Below, one piece after another: positions 13,192 to 26,274 of a stretch of DNA of 64,000 nt. How positions within the stretch are numbered: position 1 is the stretch's first letter; every line of letters starts with the position of its first letter. A program made the translations under genes and the position numbers. Source of the stretch: Leucoraja ocellata (lineage: Eukaryota); NCBI GenBank assembly GCA_036785375.1, contig JAWMAR010000073.1, positions 5,704,001 through 5,768,000 on the forward strand. Direction: 5' to 3'. The notes under the pieces are model-generated. The model searched no databases. It worked only from the letters and a program-made list of their open reading frames with translations, and had not been told where the DNA came from.

Positions 13192-14089
13192 ATTTAACAC
13201 AAGGAGGAAAGAACTCTAGGCAATTACAAAGGCCTAAAGGGGCCATGAAGTGGTTTTTGTGAATCAGATTAAAGAAAAGGCTTTTTATACTTACATTTAA
13301 AACAAAAGGGTAGCTAGGGAAAAGGTAAGGTCACTCAAGAAAAAAAAAAAAAAGAAGTACTTTGTGCAGAGTCGGGGATTATTGGTGAGGTACTAAACAA
13401 GCACTCTGAATCTGTTTTTATCGAGGAGAAAGACATGGAGGATTTGATCTTTCTTCCAAGGACTCTGAGATGTCAATTGCTGGTCCACAGTATTTGCTTA
13501 TATGTCCGCTGCCCATGGTGTTTCAATGGGAACTTCTAGTTGGTGCTTTTCATTGACTGTGATGTGACAACTCACCACATGAAGACATGGACCTGTTGGC
13601 CATTTTTACAATTCTCTTTCATTTTAAAACAGGTTTACTTTTCTCAATTTAATGGAGAAAAGTGATTTTTTAAAATAATTTTTGTTTCTGTCCGCTCAGC
13701 AGACTAGCCGACCAGATTATTACAAAAACAATATTTTTAAACAATCACTCTTCTGAGACATTCCATGCAAAGAGCTGGCCCACTCTGCCCGCCTGCACAG
13801 ACATGCATGACTCATCAGATTCCCTTCAGTCCAATGAAATCCTTGAGCTTATCATTTCACAGTTGAACTTTATCGTATTTAAGGAGACAATCTGAAATTT
13901 TTGCAAACCCTATGTTGACCACAGAAGCCTTGCTTAGCCTCAGACTTTATCATTGTTCATATTCCTTCCTCCGTTATCTATTCATTATTATGTTAATTCC
14001 ACTTAAGGCTCATTCATTTTATAATTTAACTCTGTTATGTCACAGAGTTATGCAGCTTGTAACCAAGCCCTTCAACCCAACTTGCCTAC

Positions 14090-14940
14090 ATCAAGAGTCA
14101 AGAGTTAATTTAATTGTCATTTGGACCCCTTGAGGTCCAAACGAAATGCCGTTTCTGCAGCCATACATTACAAACAAATAGACCCCAGACACAACACAAT
14201 TTACATTTTACATAAACATCCATCACATTGCTGTGATGGAAGGCCAAAAAAACTTATCTCTCCACTGCACTCTTTCCCCCCCCCCCCCCCGATGTCAGAG
14301 TCAAAGTCAAAGCCCCCGGCTGGCGATGGCGACTGTCCCGCGGCCATTAAAGCCACGCCGGGTGGTGCGAGGTCGCACACCGGGTCTTGATGTTGGAGCC
14401 CCCGGCGTGCGCTCGCAGAGTCCCGCGGCCATTCCAAGCCGCGCGGGGCGGTGATGTCAGGCCCCACTCCAGGAGCTCTTCGACCCCGCAACTCGGGCGG
14501 GAGAAGTCGCCGTTGCGGGAGCCCTGAAAAGCGGTCTCCCTCCAGGGACCCGCGGGCCCCCGGTGCCGCCGTCCGCCAGACCCGCAGTTGCAGCCTCCGA
14601 ATCAGCAGCAGCAGCAACAGCAGCGCTCCACCCGCTCCGGACTCGGCCAGCTCCGCGACGGTGAGGTGAGTCGGCACCAGAGTCCCCGGCTTCTTCTGTT
14701 GGAGGCCGCTCCTCATTTGCAGCCCCAACGACAACGGAGACCCGACAAGAAAAGGTCGGGTCTCCCGTGCAGGGAGAGATTTAAAAAGTTGCCCCCTCCC
14801 TCCCACCCCACCCCCACCCCCCCACACACACACACCAACAAAAAATAACAAAAACTACATATAAACATAGACAAAAAATAATAAAAACGGGGACGGGCTG
14901 CAGAGGCCGCTGCTGACGAGAGTCGCGCCGCCTACCGGAA
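14090..14940 (-). mobile_element. Non-autonomous GC-rich retroposon with a Rex1-type 3' tail
   Basis: Tail (CTCTTGA)n with ATGACAATTAAA like the Rex1 3' UTRs in this window. GC/CpG-rich body related in layout to 18859-19665 and 44152-44885. No credible ORF. Confidence 0.55.
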
Positions 14941-15084
14941 ACTGTGCAAATTCCTATTTTTGTCAGGCCAGAGATTAAAATGTGGCCATAAAATCGAATA
15001 AAGCTTAGAGCACCAGTGGAGAGTGCATCATGGAACAAAACAGCAGCAGCTTGCTCCCTTTTTTCTGCATAAATACGTATTCTT

Positions 15085-15282
15085 ACTGCCACAGAAGGCT
15101 GTGGAGGCCAGGTTAATGGATATTTTTAAGGCAGAGATAGATAGATTCTTGATTAATACCAGTGTCAGAGGTTAATGGGAGAAGACAGGAGAATAAGGTT
15201 CGGAGGGACAGATGGATCAGCCATGATTGATTGGTGGAGTAGACGATGGGCCGAATGGCCTAATTCTCCTCCTATCACATGA
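15085..15282 (+). mobile_element. CR1 LINE 3' end
   Basis: LPQKAVEA..IFKAEIDRFL..G.G motif and the GGCCGAATGGCCTA 3' stem. Confidence 0.75.
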
Positions 15283-16202
15283 CCTTAAAGAAATACGGAG
15301 TGCTTAGGCTTAAACTTATCAAATGTTGTGTTGGACCTCCATTTGTTTCAGCCACCTTTTTGAAGGAAAATACAATGGATATGATTGGGAGAGTGATAAG
15401 CTCCTGTGCATACAGGGCTGGACATTGACCTCCTCTGCAAAGAGTCTCTACTGCATTGGCACAGTTGGGATACCATTCATTGAGTGGGTTGAAAACATGT
15501 AGAAAGGTGAATGTTGGTGCACAATTGGATCCAGGCTGAGGATACAACTTGGACAGCTGAATAAAAATGTATTTAGTCAAATTTTCAACCCTTTAGCCAC
15601 CTTTACAGAGTGAATATGAAAATCATGGCCAGAATTCTATGGAATGCTGGACTTCAATCCCACCCTTTCAATGGCTATTTTAGGTTCTGGCAATATAGAA
15701 TGGATGGATGGATGTTCATTGCGGCATATAAACTTGACTATCCTATACTGAAGGGTGGCTTTGTATGCAACTCATATGCTTAATTAGATCACACATCATC
15801 AACATTTAATCCTCATCATACATTTGTGTAGGATCTGAGATCCTGGCTGGACCTTCAATGCTCTCAAACACATTCTATTCCGTACCTATAATAATTAGAT
15901 TTAAGACATTTCATACTTCACAAGTTACTCAACTTCATTGGCAATTATAAGAATGTACTGCACAAGGGAAATCATAACTGTCCTTCTGGTGTGCCCAAAA
16001 TATAACCCTTAAGATAACCTCAGTCAATTTATCTGTCAAATTCATATCTAATTCTGACATGTATTCCCCCAAATTATAGGGTACATATTGTCTGATAACA
16101 TAAAACAGCTGAGAGCAGTGGCAGTGGATTTTGTGTCTCCTAAATTGCATTTCTACTGTAATCAGAGAGAGATGCAAGGCGGGCAACCAAATCACTCACA
16201 TG

Positions 16203-16510
16203 TTTTAGTTTTAGTTTTCGAGATACAACGCAGAAACAGACCCTTCAGCCCAGAATCCACAGACTAGCGATTCCCACACATTAACAATATGCTACACACA
16301 CAAGGGACAATTTCCAATTTTACCAGGCCAATTAACCTCCAAACCTGCACGTGTTTGGAGTGTGGGAGGAAACCGGCACTCCCAGAGAAAATCCACGCAG
16401 GTCACAGGGAGATTGTCCAAACTCCATACAGACAGCACCCGTAGTCAGGATTGAACCTGGTTCCCTGGCGCTGTAAGGCAGCAACTCTACTGCTGCGCCA
16501 TAGAGCCGTC
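16203..16510 (-). mobile_element. Near full-length HE1/V-SINE-like SINE
   Basis: tRNA head (TGGCGCAGCAGTAGAG..GGTTCAATCC), V-domain, CR1-like 3' end and (AAAACT)n tail. Confidence 0.8.
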
Positions 16511-17069
16511 CTCAACATATTTTTTTAAATTGCATTATAATGGAATGCCACGATTTAGACCTGCATTTCTACAGATGCTTAAGTAGTCTGATCTAAATAA
16601 TTTACAAATTTATTGCCCTCTTATCTTTAGAGGCTGAGATTGTAATCCTTAATTGGTGTGATTATGGGCACAAAACATATTTTAACAGTTCAGAATCGTG
16701 GTATCCAGTTAAAGAGTCTTCACTGGGCTTGTAGGGGAGGCTTATGAAATACCTCAAGTGAGATCAAATCTTTTGTAATTTAGCCTACACTCTATAGATC
16801 CACAGGTTTAATGAGGAGTGAATACCCCATTACCTGCCATCACAGCCTTCTGTAATGTCTGTGGAGCAACGCATTGCCAAAGACATTACAAGTGTTCCAC
16901 AACCATGGATGAACCGTTGGATCCAATCCCGGATGAAGTCCAAGTCTGCAGCATTCGTGTCAAACAGTCTCGAGCAGTGCATGAAATCTACATGTGACCT
17001 TTGCAAAGTTATCAAGGATGCCGAGAGAATTCTAGACCATGCTAGAATAAGAGTGTTTGAAGAAAAGAG

Positions 17070-17925
17070 GAGTGTTTAATGTACTGTATGCACTGGCAAC
17101 GGAACAATGAAATGTTTACGCAGCAGCACAACCGGCCTGTAAACACAATACACAAAGATAATATATAATAAACCAAAAAAATCAATCACTCAATAATGCT
17201 AATACAAAAAATAACCTAAACCTACATAGGTGGTCAGTGTTGTGTGGTGTTCAAGAGCTTTATGGGTGTTGGGAAGAGGCTATTCCTGAACCTTGCAGTC
17301 ATGGTTTTCAGATTCCTATATCTTCTTCCCAATGGTTGGAGCAAAAAGAGAGCCTGGCCAATGTGGTGTGGATTTTTGATGATGCTGAATAGCTTTTTTT
17401 GAGGCAGAACCTTCTGTTAGATCCCTTCAATAGTGGAGAGATGAATACCTGCGATGGACTGGGCAGTGTTTACCACTCTCAGGAAAATTCAGTTGCATTA
17501 TCAAACATGGACTCCGCTCTCCATGTTTGATAACAAGTTTGGAGGGGATGATTGTGTTGAACTCCAAGCTGTAGTCTATGAACAACAGCCTGACATATAT
17601 GTTCAAGAAGGAACTGCAGATGCTGGAAAATCGAAGGTACACAAAAATGCTGGAGAAACTCAGCTGGTGCAGCAGCATCTATGGAGCGAAGGAAATAAGT
17701 AACGTTTCAGGCCGAAACCCTTCTTTAGACTCAGACTTCAGCCTAGCCTGACATATATGTTCATATTGTCCCGTGTAGAGTGGAGAGCCAGCAAGATTAC
17801 ATCCCCAATTATTCTATCGTGGTGGTGGGCAAATTGTGGAGGGCCCAGGTCCTTGCTAAGATTGGAGTTGATACGCTTCATAACCAAATAACTCTCAAAG
17901 CACTGCAGCATCATGGACATTCAGT
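17070..17925 (-). mobile_element. Degenerate Rex1 LINE carrying a Penelope-terminus insertion
   Basis: CFE..VMKRIN, QFA.., [20 protein letters not shown]. The YVRL codons are duplicated as the TSD of the inserted element. Confidence 0.7.
17606..17744 (-). mobile_element. Penelope pseudo-LTR fragment with 19-bp TSD
   Basis: TSD agcctgacatatatgttca at 17587-17605 and 17745-17763. Same sequence family as the ends of 33624-34342. Confidence 0.85.
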
Positions 17926-18858
17926 TGTCATTGACGGATCAGAACACTCAGCGACATGGATCTCCCGAGTCGGCCGCTTCTTACCGGAGACCGCTGCTTC
18001 ACAGTGTTAGAGTCCACAGGCCCCTCGGAGCTCAGACACTGGTGATCCTCAGCAAAAGATCCCACGCTCTGCGATGGTAAGTCCGTGCTATACCCGCGCC
18101 TTGAAGCTCCATGCCGGTCTCCAGGAAAGGGCGCACCACTCCACGTTGTAGGCCGCAAAGGGGGGACAGAGATGCGACACGTAGAAAAATTGCATCTCCG
18201 TCGAGGTAAGTGGCTGAAATTATTGAACAATGTCATCCAATATCAGATCAATGGTTTCATTACTGTCATGTGTGCCAGGTACAGTGAAATACATTTCTTG
18301 TATACAGGTCAGCAAAACTATCCCCGTACATAAGCACAATTGCCCCGGTCAGTACAGTCGGCACTGAACAACCCATTGAGTCCATATGCAAGAGGCATAA
18401 TTTTGGCACCATTTTACAGTCCCAGCTGGTGCTGGCCACTAAGCCCATTGCAACCGTTGCCTCCATTTCTGTCATCCCACAATCCGATGTCCCTCTGCAT
18501 GCCTGGGCCTCTTCAGCCCTCGTTCCCCAGGGGGTGCCTCCCACAGCCGACCTCAAGGGCACGGAAGATATGACCCCCCGGTAATTCTCACCAGGCTCTT
18601 TGTCCAGCGTCCACCGCTGTCTCCTACCACCATCTTCCGATTCCCGATCCACGGGACGAGCAATCGACCTTCCTCAGGTTAACAGGTTGTAACCAGTGGA
18701 GTACGACAGGTGGTTGGGCCCCTGCATTTCAGATTAACAATTTGTTTGAGGAAACCAGATGTCATCTTTTCAAGAAAAGACATAAAGTGCTGGAGTAACT
18801 CAGCGGGTCAGGCAGTATCTCTGGAGAACATGGACAGGTCACGTTTCAAGTCGGGATC

Positions 18859-19665
18859 TCCATCGGGTGGCGCCACCGCAGTGGCTACCTCGCCAGCAGC
18901 TTGTTAGTCCTTTCACCCTTTTTGTTATTTTTAGTGTGTCTAAATGTATGTTTTAATGTTTCTTAGTATGTCTTATGTGGGGGGTGGGGGGTGGCGTGGC
19001 GGGGCGGGGGGGGGGATAGGGGGAAACCATTTATCAGTCACTTACCTGGAAGGAGATGCATCTTTTCTCCTTGTTGCATCTTCCCCCCCACCAGCCCATC
19101 AACTGGATTGGCGCGGCCTTTCCTACCGGAGATCGTCCCAGAGCTTCAGCAGCAGGCGCAGCACGGAATTACCATCGGAGAGCGGGGCGATCCCTTGCTG
19201 GTGATCGCCAGGGTTGGAGTTCCGGAGTGTAGAATCTGCTGACTTTAACACTGTGGAGCTGTGGACTGTGGAACTTCTACCCGCGGGCGCGGTGCTGACT
19301 TTAACATTGTGGTGCAGGGCGATCCCTTGCCGAGTTCCGTCCAGCAGGGCCTGTGGTCTCGGAAGCCGCGGTCTCCGGTAAGAAGCAGCCGATTCGTAAA
19401 CTCCAAGCCGTAGATTGTGTTCCGATCCATTCCGACACCGGAGCTTCGATCATCCCGGCGAGAGGGCCTGTATATGGGGCCGTCAGTAGCGGCAACTACG
19501 GAGGGTTCTAGGCCCCAACCACGGATGAACACAGAAGAAGATGACTGAACTTTATTGTCTTTCATCTATTGTGTATTGTGTTCTTTTTATTCGTATGGCT
19601 GTATGGTAACTCAAATTTCACTATTCCAATTGGTGCATGACAATAAATGTGAACTTGAAGTTGAA
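18859..19665 (+). mobile_element. Non-autonomous GC-rich retroposon with a Rex1-type 3' tail
   Basis: Starts CCATCGGGTGGCGCC, then a T-rich tract, a G-run and a GC-rich body. Ends ATGACAATAAA..(CTTGAA)n. Confidence 0.55.
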
Positions 19666-21273
19666 CATTGCTCCAAGATGCAGACAACTAACCATTCATC
19701 TTGTCAAAAAGAGTTCAATCAAAAACATTGAGAGAACTGGTTAAACTAAGCAAACATTTTAATTGTGTGGTTAGGTTATGTCATTATTTTTGGATAATAT
19801 TTTATTTATTTCACAATCACATTCCATTAAGCAAAGTTGCAGATAGACATTATCTAAAGTCAAAATGAATAATGCGTTCTACTTAAATTTACAAATTATT
19901 ACAGAACCGCTCAAGCAGTTTTCCTAATTAGATAAAAGTATCGTTCAATATGGTGTAAATCTAGTGATTGATTAGCTTTCCACTGGCTGTATGGCTGGAA
20001 ATATCAGCTTCTATTTCCAAACACATCGCTAATTTTTTTCTTCCAGTAGTTTTGTTCAGATATTTAATAATTTAGAACTTTTTACTGCACATACTGTAAT
20101 TCTGCCATTAGGAATATGAATATTCTGCCATTAGGAATATTCTAATACAACACAATCATCTCTCCACAAGTACTGACCAAACTGTGGAGGTGTGCTGGGC
20201 ATGAAGTAATCCAAACTCGTGACCACCTCTATTCTCATTTAGTGATCAAGAAAATAGGACAATTTGTACAACAATTTGCAAATCCTTCACCTCCTCATTG
20301 AGAAGGATAAGGGCTGCAGGCCGATAAGAAAAACGCAGGCAGATAAGAACTTCCTCTCCAAGTTACCCACTATCAGTCTTTAAAATATGTAGCCATTCTG
20401 TTGTCATTGGGTCCAAAATCCTGGCATTCCCAACGCAACAACTTTGTGAGAGTACCTTTGCCAAAAGGACTCCAGATGTTCAAGAAGGTGGCTCACCACC
20501 ATCTTCTCAAAGCCAATTGAGGATGGGTAATAAACACTGTACTTTCCAGCTGCACTCTCAATCTGTTCAACAAATCAAACTCGGACACTTACAGCAATGC
20601 AGTAACTATCTGGAAATAGACTTTCAGCCAACAGAGTTCTTACATATTTTCAAATATCATTTACTTCCATTTCCTTTCAAGTACCATCAATAAAATCATT
20701 TGGACATGTTAAGTTCAATAGAAATGCTTTATTTCAAGTACAACGGTGGCGTGAATGGAATTTACAAAATTCCCTCTCTGTAGCTGTACAATCTTGATAT
20801 GTTTCACATTATCCTGAGATTGTTGAATCATCTTATGGCTTTCCAGACACTGCATTTTTAGAATTTCAGAAAAGGTCTCAGAATTGTCTCGCAGTGGCAT
20901 GAGTCATGGCACAACTATCTACTAAGCCTGCACTGACCTGGCAAAAACAAGCTAAAGCCATCCTGATCTGAATTAGTACACAAGAATTGCGGGACTTGCA
21001 GATGGGGATGAAGGCTGCCAAAGGATCCAGCAGGATATAGGTTAGGTACAGATATGGGCGGAAAAGTGGCAAGTGAAGTGTAATCCATGCATGTATAAGG
21101 TTTGGGGAGAGTATACGCTTCATAGCAATATGCTTAACACAGATCTTGCGGTCCAAGTCCAGAGCTCCTTTAAAGTACCAACAAATGTGGATAGAGTGTA
21201 TACATACCTTAATCAGTTGCTGCACTGAATATATGATTCAGGATGTCAAGATTTATAAAAAATTTGGTTAGAC

Positions 21274-22846
21274 TGTGGTGCCACCCGGTGGTTAGGCCAC
21301 TTACTATGTGAACCATCGGCAGTCGGGGGTAGGATCACGTGACTGGGAAATGGCGGGAAGGATTTGTCACGAGGTTTAGGAGTGTTCCCTAGTATAAGTA
21401 TTGAACCCCGGGGCAACCTTCCCCCATTCGCATGTGTGTTCTCTTTGCTTCAACAATAAATATCTCTTTGATTCACCACGCGTGTCTTGCTTATTCGCCC
21501 GCCATGTTGGTGACCCCGACGATCCAAAACGGTAATTTTGGATTTAAACGATGTTTGCAGCCAACAATCAACCTCAACAGCCCAAGGTCGCTGATAATCC
21601 AGCCCAGCAGAAAGCGGTCTCTCTAAAGCTGCCCGTGTTCTAGACATCGCAGCCCCAGGTGTGGTTCCAACAAGCCAAGGCCCAGTTTCATGTTCAACGC
21701 ATCATGGCTGATGACACCAGGCACTATGTGGTCGACGTGTTGGATCAGGAGACGGCCGGTCGCCTGGTCCTTTACCAACGCGCGCCGCCTGATCAGGGCA
21801 AATACGAGGGCGTTAAAGCGCTGCTCTTGAGGATCTTTGGGCTCAGCCGCCAGGACCACACAGCGTGGCTCATGCACATGGGCGGCCTCGCCGATTGTCC
21901 ATGAGCGAGATACTCTCCCTCATGGACGGTCATCAGCCCTGCCTGCTCTTCGAACATGGCTTCTTGGAGCAGATGCCGGACGACATCCGCCTGCTGCTCT
22001 CCGGTGAAGATTTTGCAGACCCCCTGTGGCGCGGGGAGCGTGCGATCGAGCAGTGGCAAGCCAAGTAGCAGGGTGGTGGCTCGATCAATCGTGTATCGGC
22101 GGTGCCCAGAAACCAGGCCCTGCGTCCACCGGGAGGTCAGCTGCGCCGCCTGTCTCGAACGGCCCCGGTAAGGGGAAGTGGTGTTTCTACCACCAGTGCT
22201 GGGGTCCCGCAGCCCGTTAGTGCCACATGCTCTGCTCGTATCTGGGAAATGCCAGGGCCGGCCGCCAGTAGTCGCTGCGGCGGTCGGCCTGAAACATCGC
22301 CTCTACGCTTGGGATCGACCCTCGGGACGACGGTTCCTGGTTGATACCGGCACGGATGTTGCCGTTTTACGCCCGTCGGGGGTCGACGCTCGTTCTGGCA
22401 AGCGGGGGCCTTCTCTGACTGCAGTCAAAAGCTGCCCCATACAGATGTATGGGGTTCACATGATCCCGCTCATCTTTGGCTCCTGCCATTTTACGTGGAC
22501 CTTTACGGTGGTCGACGTTTCCCAGCCGTTGCTGGGAACAGATTTCCTCCGGGCCCAATCTCTGTTGGCGGATATGCGGGGGGCAATGCCTCGTTTGTCT
22601 ACCCTTTTGGTTTTGTGCCTCCGGTTCTGGGGGAGCTGGGGGTTCTGTGCCACTACCCGGTGGATAGGCCACTTACTATAAAAACCCTCGGCAGTCAGGG
22701 GTAGGGTCACGTGACTGGATAATGGCGGGAAGGAGTTGTCATGAGGTTTAGGGGTGTGCCCTAGTATAGGTATTGAGGTCAACCTTCCCCCATTCGCGTG
22801 TGTGTTCTCTGTGCTTCAACAATAAAGATCTCTTTGATTCACCATA
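21274..22846 (+). mobile_element. Internally deleted Gypsy LTR retrotransposon (CsRN1-like; gag + protease only) inserted in an old CR1
   Basis: 5' LTR 21274-~21506. PBS TGGTGACCCCGACG at 21508-21521 (complementary to tRNA-Trp 3' end). Gag WFQQA.AQF and CFYH..WG..A..C..PC (CHCC). Protease FLVDTG. G-rich PPT, 3' LTR 22646-22846. TSD agac at 21270-21273 and 22847-22850. Confidence 0.9.
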
Positions 22847-23190
22847 AGACCACATTTAGAGAAGTGTGTACAACCCTGGTCACACATTACAGAAAAGCTT
22901 TAGAAAGGGTACAGAGAAATTTAGCAGGATACTGCCTGCATTAAGAGAGTATTAACTATAAGGAGATGTTGGACACTTGGATTGTTTTCTCTGAAGCATT
23001 GGAGGTTGAAATAATGAAAGGCATAGATAGCATAGACTATTTGAAAGTGAGAGGAGGAAAGTTTAAAGATGATGTACAGGGCAATTATTTTTCACAGTGG
23101 CAGGTGCCTGGAGTGCACTGCCAATGATGGGAGTGGAAGTAGATATGACAGTGGTGTTTTTAGTTTGTAAAAGTAGACATCAATCAATGT

Positions 23191-23317
23191 GTAGGAAGGA
23201 ATAGCAGATGCTGGTTTGAGTCTGAAGAAGGATCTTGACCTGAAACCTCACCCATTCCTTCTCTCCAGAGATGCTGCCTGTCCTGTTGAATTACTTCAGC
23301 TTTTTGATATCTTTGAT
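23191..23317. mobile_element. Penelope pseudo-LTR fragment
   Basis: CTGAAGAAGG..GAAAC core. TSD atcaatcaatgt at 23179-23190 and 23318-23329. Confidence 0.75.
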
Positions 23318-24899
23318 ATCAATCAATGTCAGTGTCAATCAAACTGTCACATGGAAGATTGGTTAAAAGAGAAATGTCTGGCATCGTAACTGTGAATAAT
23401 GTGAGGAAAGGAAAGGGAAAATTACCCTCTCCTGAAAGTCACTTTCCCTCATGCAAAACATATAGAATTTCTGCAGATGTGTCAAGTCCAACACTGAATT
23501 ACTGAGTTACCCCTCAGATGCTATCAGGGATCATTTTTAAATTAAGGCATTGTTACTGCTGCCACTGACTAACTTATATATTCAAGGGAATATCACTATG
23601 CCGTGCTTACGTTTTCAGTGTTTTACCTTTTGTCCTCAGTATCAGTGCAGCAGATCAAACCAGGCAAATCCAGCTGTGGTGCATAGAACATAATTTAATA
23701 TACCAGATGGTGTCTGACTATCATCCTCTCCAACTGCAGCCCTTTGTCTTCCATCTCTTTGAGATAAAAGCTAAAGTGCCATTTGTCTTTTTGATTCACA
23801 TATTGACCTCTATATATGGATAGTTAAATCCCTTTGTTCTTCCACAGTTTCCAGTGCCCTTCCTATTAGAAAATAATCTGATTCAGCTGTGTTAAATACA
23901 GATCTTATATTTTCCCCACATTGAACTCCATCTGTCACATTTCAACCCCTTAACTTGATATTTATGTGTCATCTTGGAGTGTCCTATTCTGTCTTCCCCA
24001 CACAAATAAAATCAATTTTAAAAAAAAGCTTGTCAATACAGTACATGTTTATCCATTTGCCTGCCTAATTCTGGTATATCCATCACCGGTTTCTCTCAAT
24101 TTCTAGCACTCATGTCAGTATAAAATCGCTTTCTCATTGTACGTCTAAACTCAAAGATATTTAGTATCAAAATTAAATTTTGACAGGGCAAACGTGACTA
24201 ATTACTCATCAAAGCATGTGAGCTATAAACCAATCTGTAACAAACGTGTCATGTGGCTTTTTTCATGAACTTTTCGCCTTCTTAGTTTATTTAAAATCTG
24301 CAAAATGACACGTTAAATATAGATTGATAATGCAGTCTTCTGCACTGATTTTGGCCTTGGAGGTTTGTTCACTGAAATGCCATGGATAAAATCATTCCAT
24401 TTACCACTTTCTCTTCGTACTAAAATAGTTAAATACTCTCAACAGCATTAAACGCACTGTGATATCCAAACCGTGCAGGAATGTAATCCAAGTTGATCTT
24501 TCAGCAAAAAAAGAGAAATTAACTTGTGTCAGCTATTATACTTTTTCTGTCGGGTGCAAGGCGTCTCTGCGCATTATTTACATTCTTTATTTCGAAAACC
24601 AGGCATGCAATCTTAATTTTACCTCAATTGACCTCAGATTGCCGGCTTTGTTGGGGCTTCGATCCGCTCCAACCACGGCCCAGGATGACATTCATTAGAG
24701 CACCTGACCGTCTGAACAATGTTCTAACGGGACGCACATGCCTTTGTTTACGATGTATCCACATATTTATTCATTTGCGTTATTTAATTCCACAAACGGG
24801 CGGAAGTACCAAACGCCAGTAAACTCAGATCCCTTGCCAAAAGCACGAACATTGACCAGGCTGCTCATTCTGATTTAACTGCACTGCACAAGTTGCAAA

Positions 24900-25512
24900 G
24901 CGTATTTTGAAGTCGTCCGGACAGGGTAAATGAAAGGACAGCACATCCGTTCGCTGCAATCATATGACACTCTGATCCAGTATCGGATCCCGAGCTCCCA
25001 CACTTCATTCCCAAGGTACTCCGAGGTCCATTTGCGTTTCAGATCGAGATGACAGGAAGAATTGCCTGAGCATCGTTTATTTTAGAGCACAGCGAGTGGA
25101 ACAATGGATAGGGGCGTGGGGGAATTTCGAGCTATTTGTCGAATTCAGTGCGGTTTCCAGTGAACTGCTAGAGCGCCAGGTTAGTCGGGTAACATCGCGA
25201 ATCGATTGGCAACCTTTGCCGTGCCAAATGCCCGGGACCCGGGACGTCCCGCCAGCTCCTGCCTGATCGACAGCAAAAGGCGGCCTATCTAACTGGGGAC
25301 CGCTTTGGAGCGGCAGGGGAGGTCACGCCAATCGGCGGGCTGGCTGCAGGGAGGAGTGGGCGGGACAGCGGGATTTTGCCCTCCCTGCCACCCCCCCCCC
25401 CCCCCCCCCGCCCCAGTCCTCAGGTTGAGCCGAACCGCAGGTGGAAGTGGATGCGAGCAGAGGAGCGGCGCTGCCGCCGCCGCCGCTTCCTTTTTGCCCT
25501 TCCCTCCTCCCC
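24900..25512 (+). promoter_or_regulatory. CpG-island promoter / 5' UTR of the MLK gene
   Basis: CpG-rich non-repeat sequence directly upstream of the ATG. Inverted CCAAT at 25205-25209, CCAAT at 25328-25332, GC boxes at ~25111-25120 and 25358-25363, and a (GCC)n tract. TSS not determinable. Confidence 0.7.
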
Positions 25513-25785
25513 ATGGAGCAACTCAGATCCGTGTTCATCAGGTCACCCTCCTCTGCCGCAGCCCACTGCTCCTCATCCTGCACAGCGGCGGGGAAAGAAG
25601 AGGGCGAGGATGGGGATAGGGCGTCGCAGGAAGCCTGGCAACAGAAGCAGCAGCAGGAGGAGGAGGAAGAAGAGCAGCAACAACCCACCGGTAACCTGTA
25701 CTGGACGGCCGTCTTCGAATATGAGGCGAGCGCCGAGGACGAGCTCAGCCTGCGCAAGGGCGACGTGGTGGAGGTGCTCTCCAAG
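25513..25785 (+). CDS. MAP3K9: Mitogen-activated protein kinase kinase kinase 9 (MLK1), coding exon 1: Q/E-rich N-terminus and first half of the SH3 domain
   Basis: ATG at 25513 (cccATGG). MEQLRSVF...QQQEEEEEEQQQ..YWTAVFEYEASAEDELSLRKGDVVEVLSK. Phase-0 donor AAG|GTAGGT. The acidic tract and YWTAVFEYEA match MLK1. Confidence 0.9.
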
Positions 25786-26274
25786 GTAGGTTGGCTTGGC
25801 GCACCCCGTTATCCAATGCGCCTCGGTGGTCGGAGCAAACACAAGGGTCCCTAATCGATGTGGCAGTTTCCACATCTAGCGTGGAAAGCGGAAAGAACAT
25901 ACCCGGCCACATCGAAAGTGTTCCAGCGATTGAAATCGATATATAGATAAGAGTTATTTGACCATTTCCATTTGAGGGGGGTCGGAGCACGCATAAAGAT
26001 GCGCTCTCCTCTCCCTGCATTTGCATCCGTTTATCTCGAGCTTTGATCCAATTTATTTTACTTGTTCCATTTGTTCCAGACAGTCCGCACTGATTTTCCA
26101 AGAATTTGTCAGGCATTATGAACCGGAAAGCATTTCGTATTTCCAAGGACAGGTAGTGGTAGGAAGAGACTGTGATAAAGTTGAAGCTCGGGGGAATAAT
26201 TTATTGATCTGGTAAAGAATTGACTGACTGATAGGAGACGCAGGTTAGGCATGTGCTGTCATTGTCCCAAATTG

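Noticed and set aside
14201-14851. 216-aa and overlapping ORFs
   Set aside because: Low-complexity products of a GC-rich non-coding repeat.
18859-18905. Possible HDV-like ribozyme at the 5' end of the GC-rich retroposons (CCTCGCC loop)
   Set aside because: Could not build P1/P2 or a J4/2 catalytic strand.
20099-20142. Short direct duplication attctgccattaggaatat
   Set aside because: Ordinary local tandem duplication; two copies, no spacer array.
25441-25512. GTG-initiated N-terminal extension in the ORF track
   Set aside because: Artefact of allowing alternative starts; the ATG at 25513 is the plausible start.
25323-25784. 153-aa antisense ORF over exon 1 (and 32066-32614 over exon 2)
   Set aside because: Shadow ORFs of the MAP3K9 coding strand.
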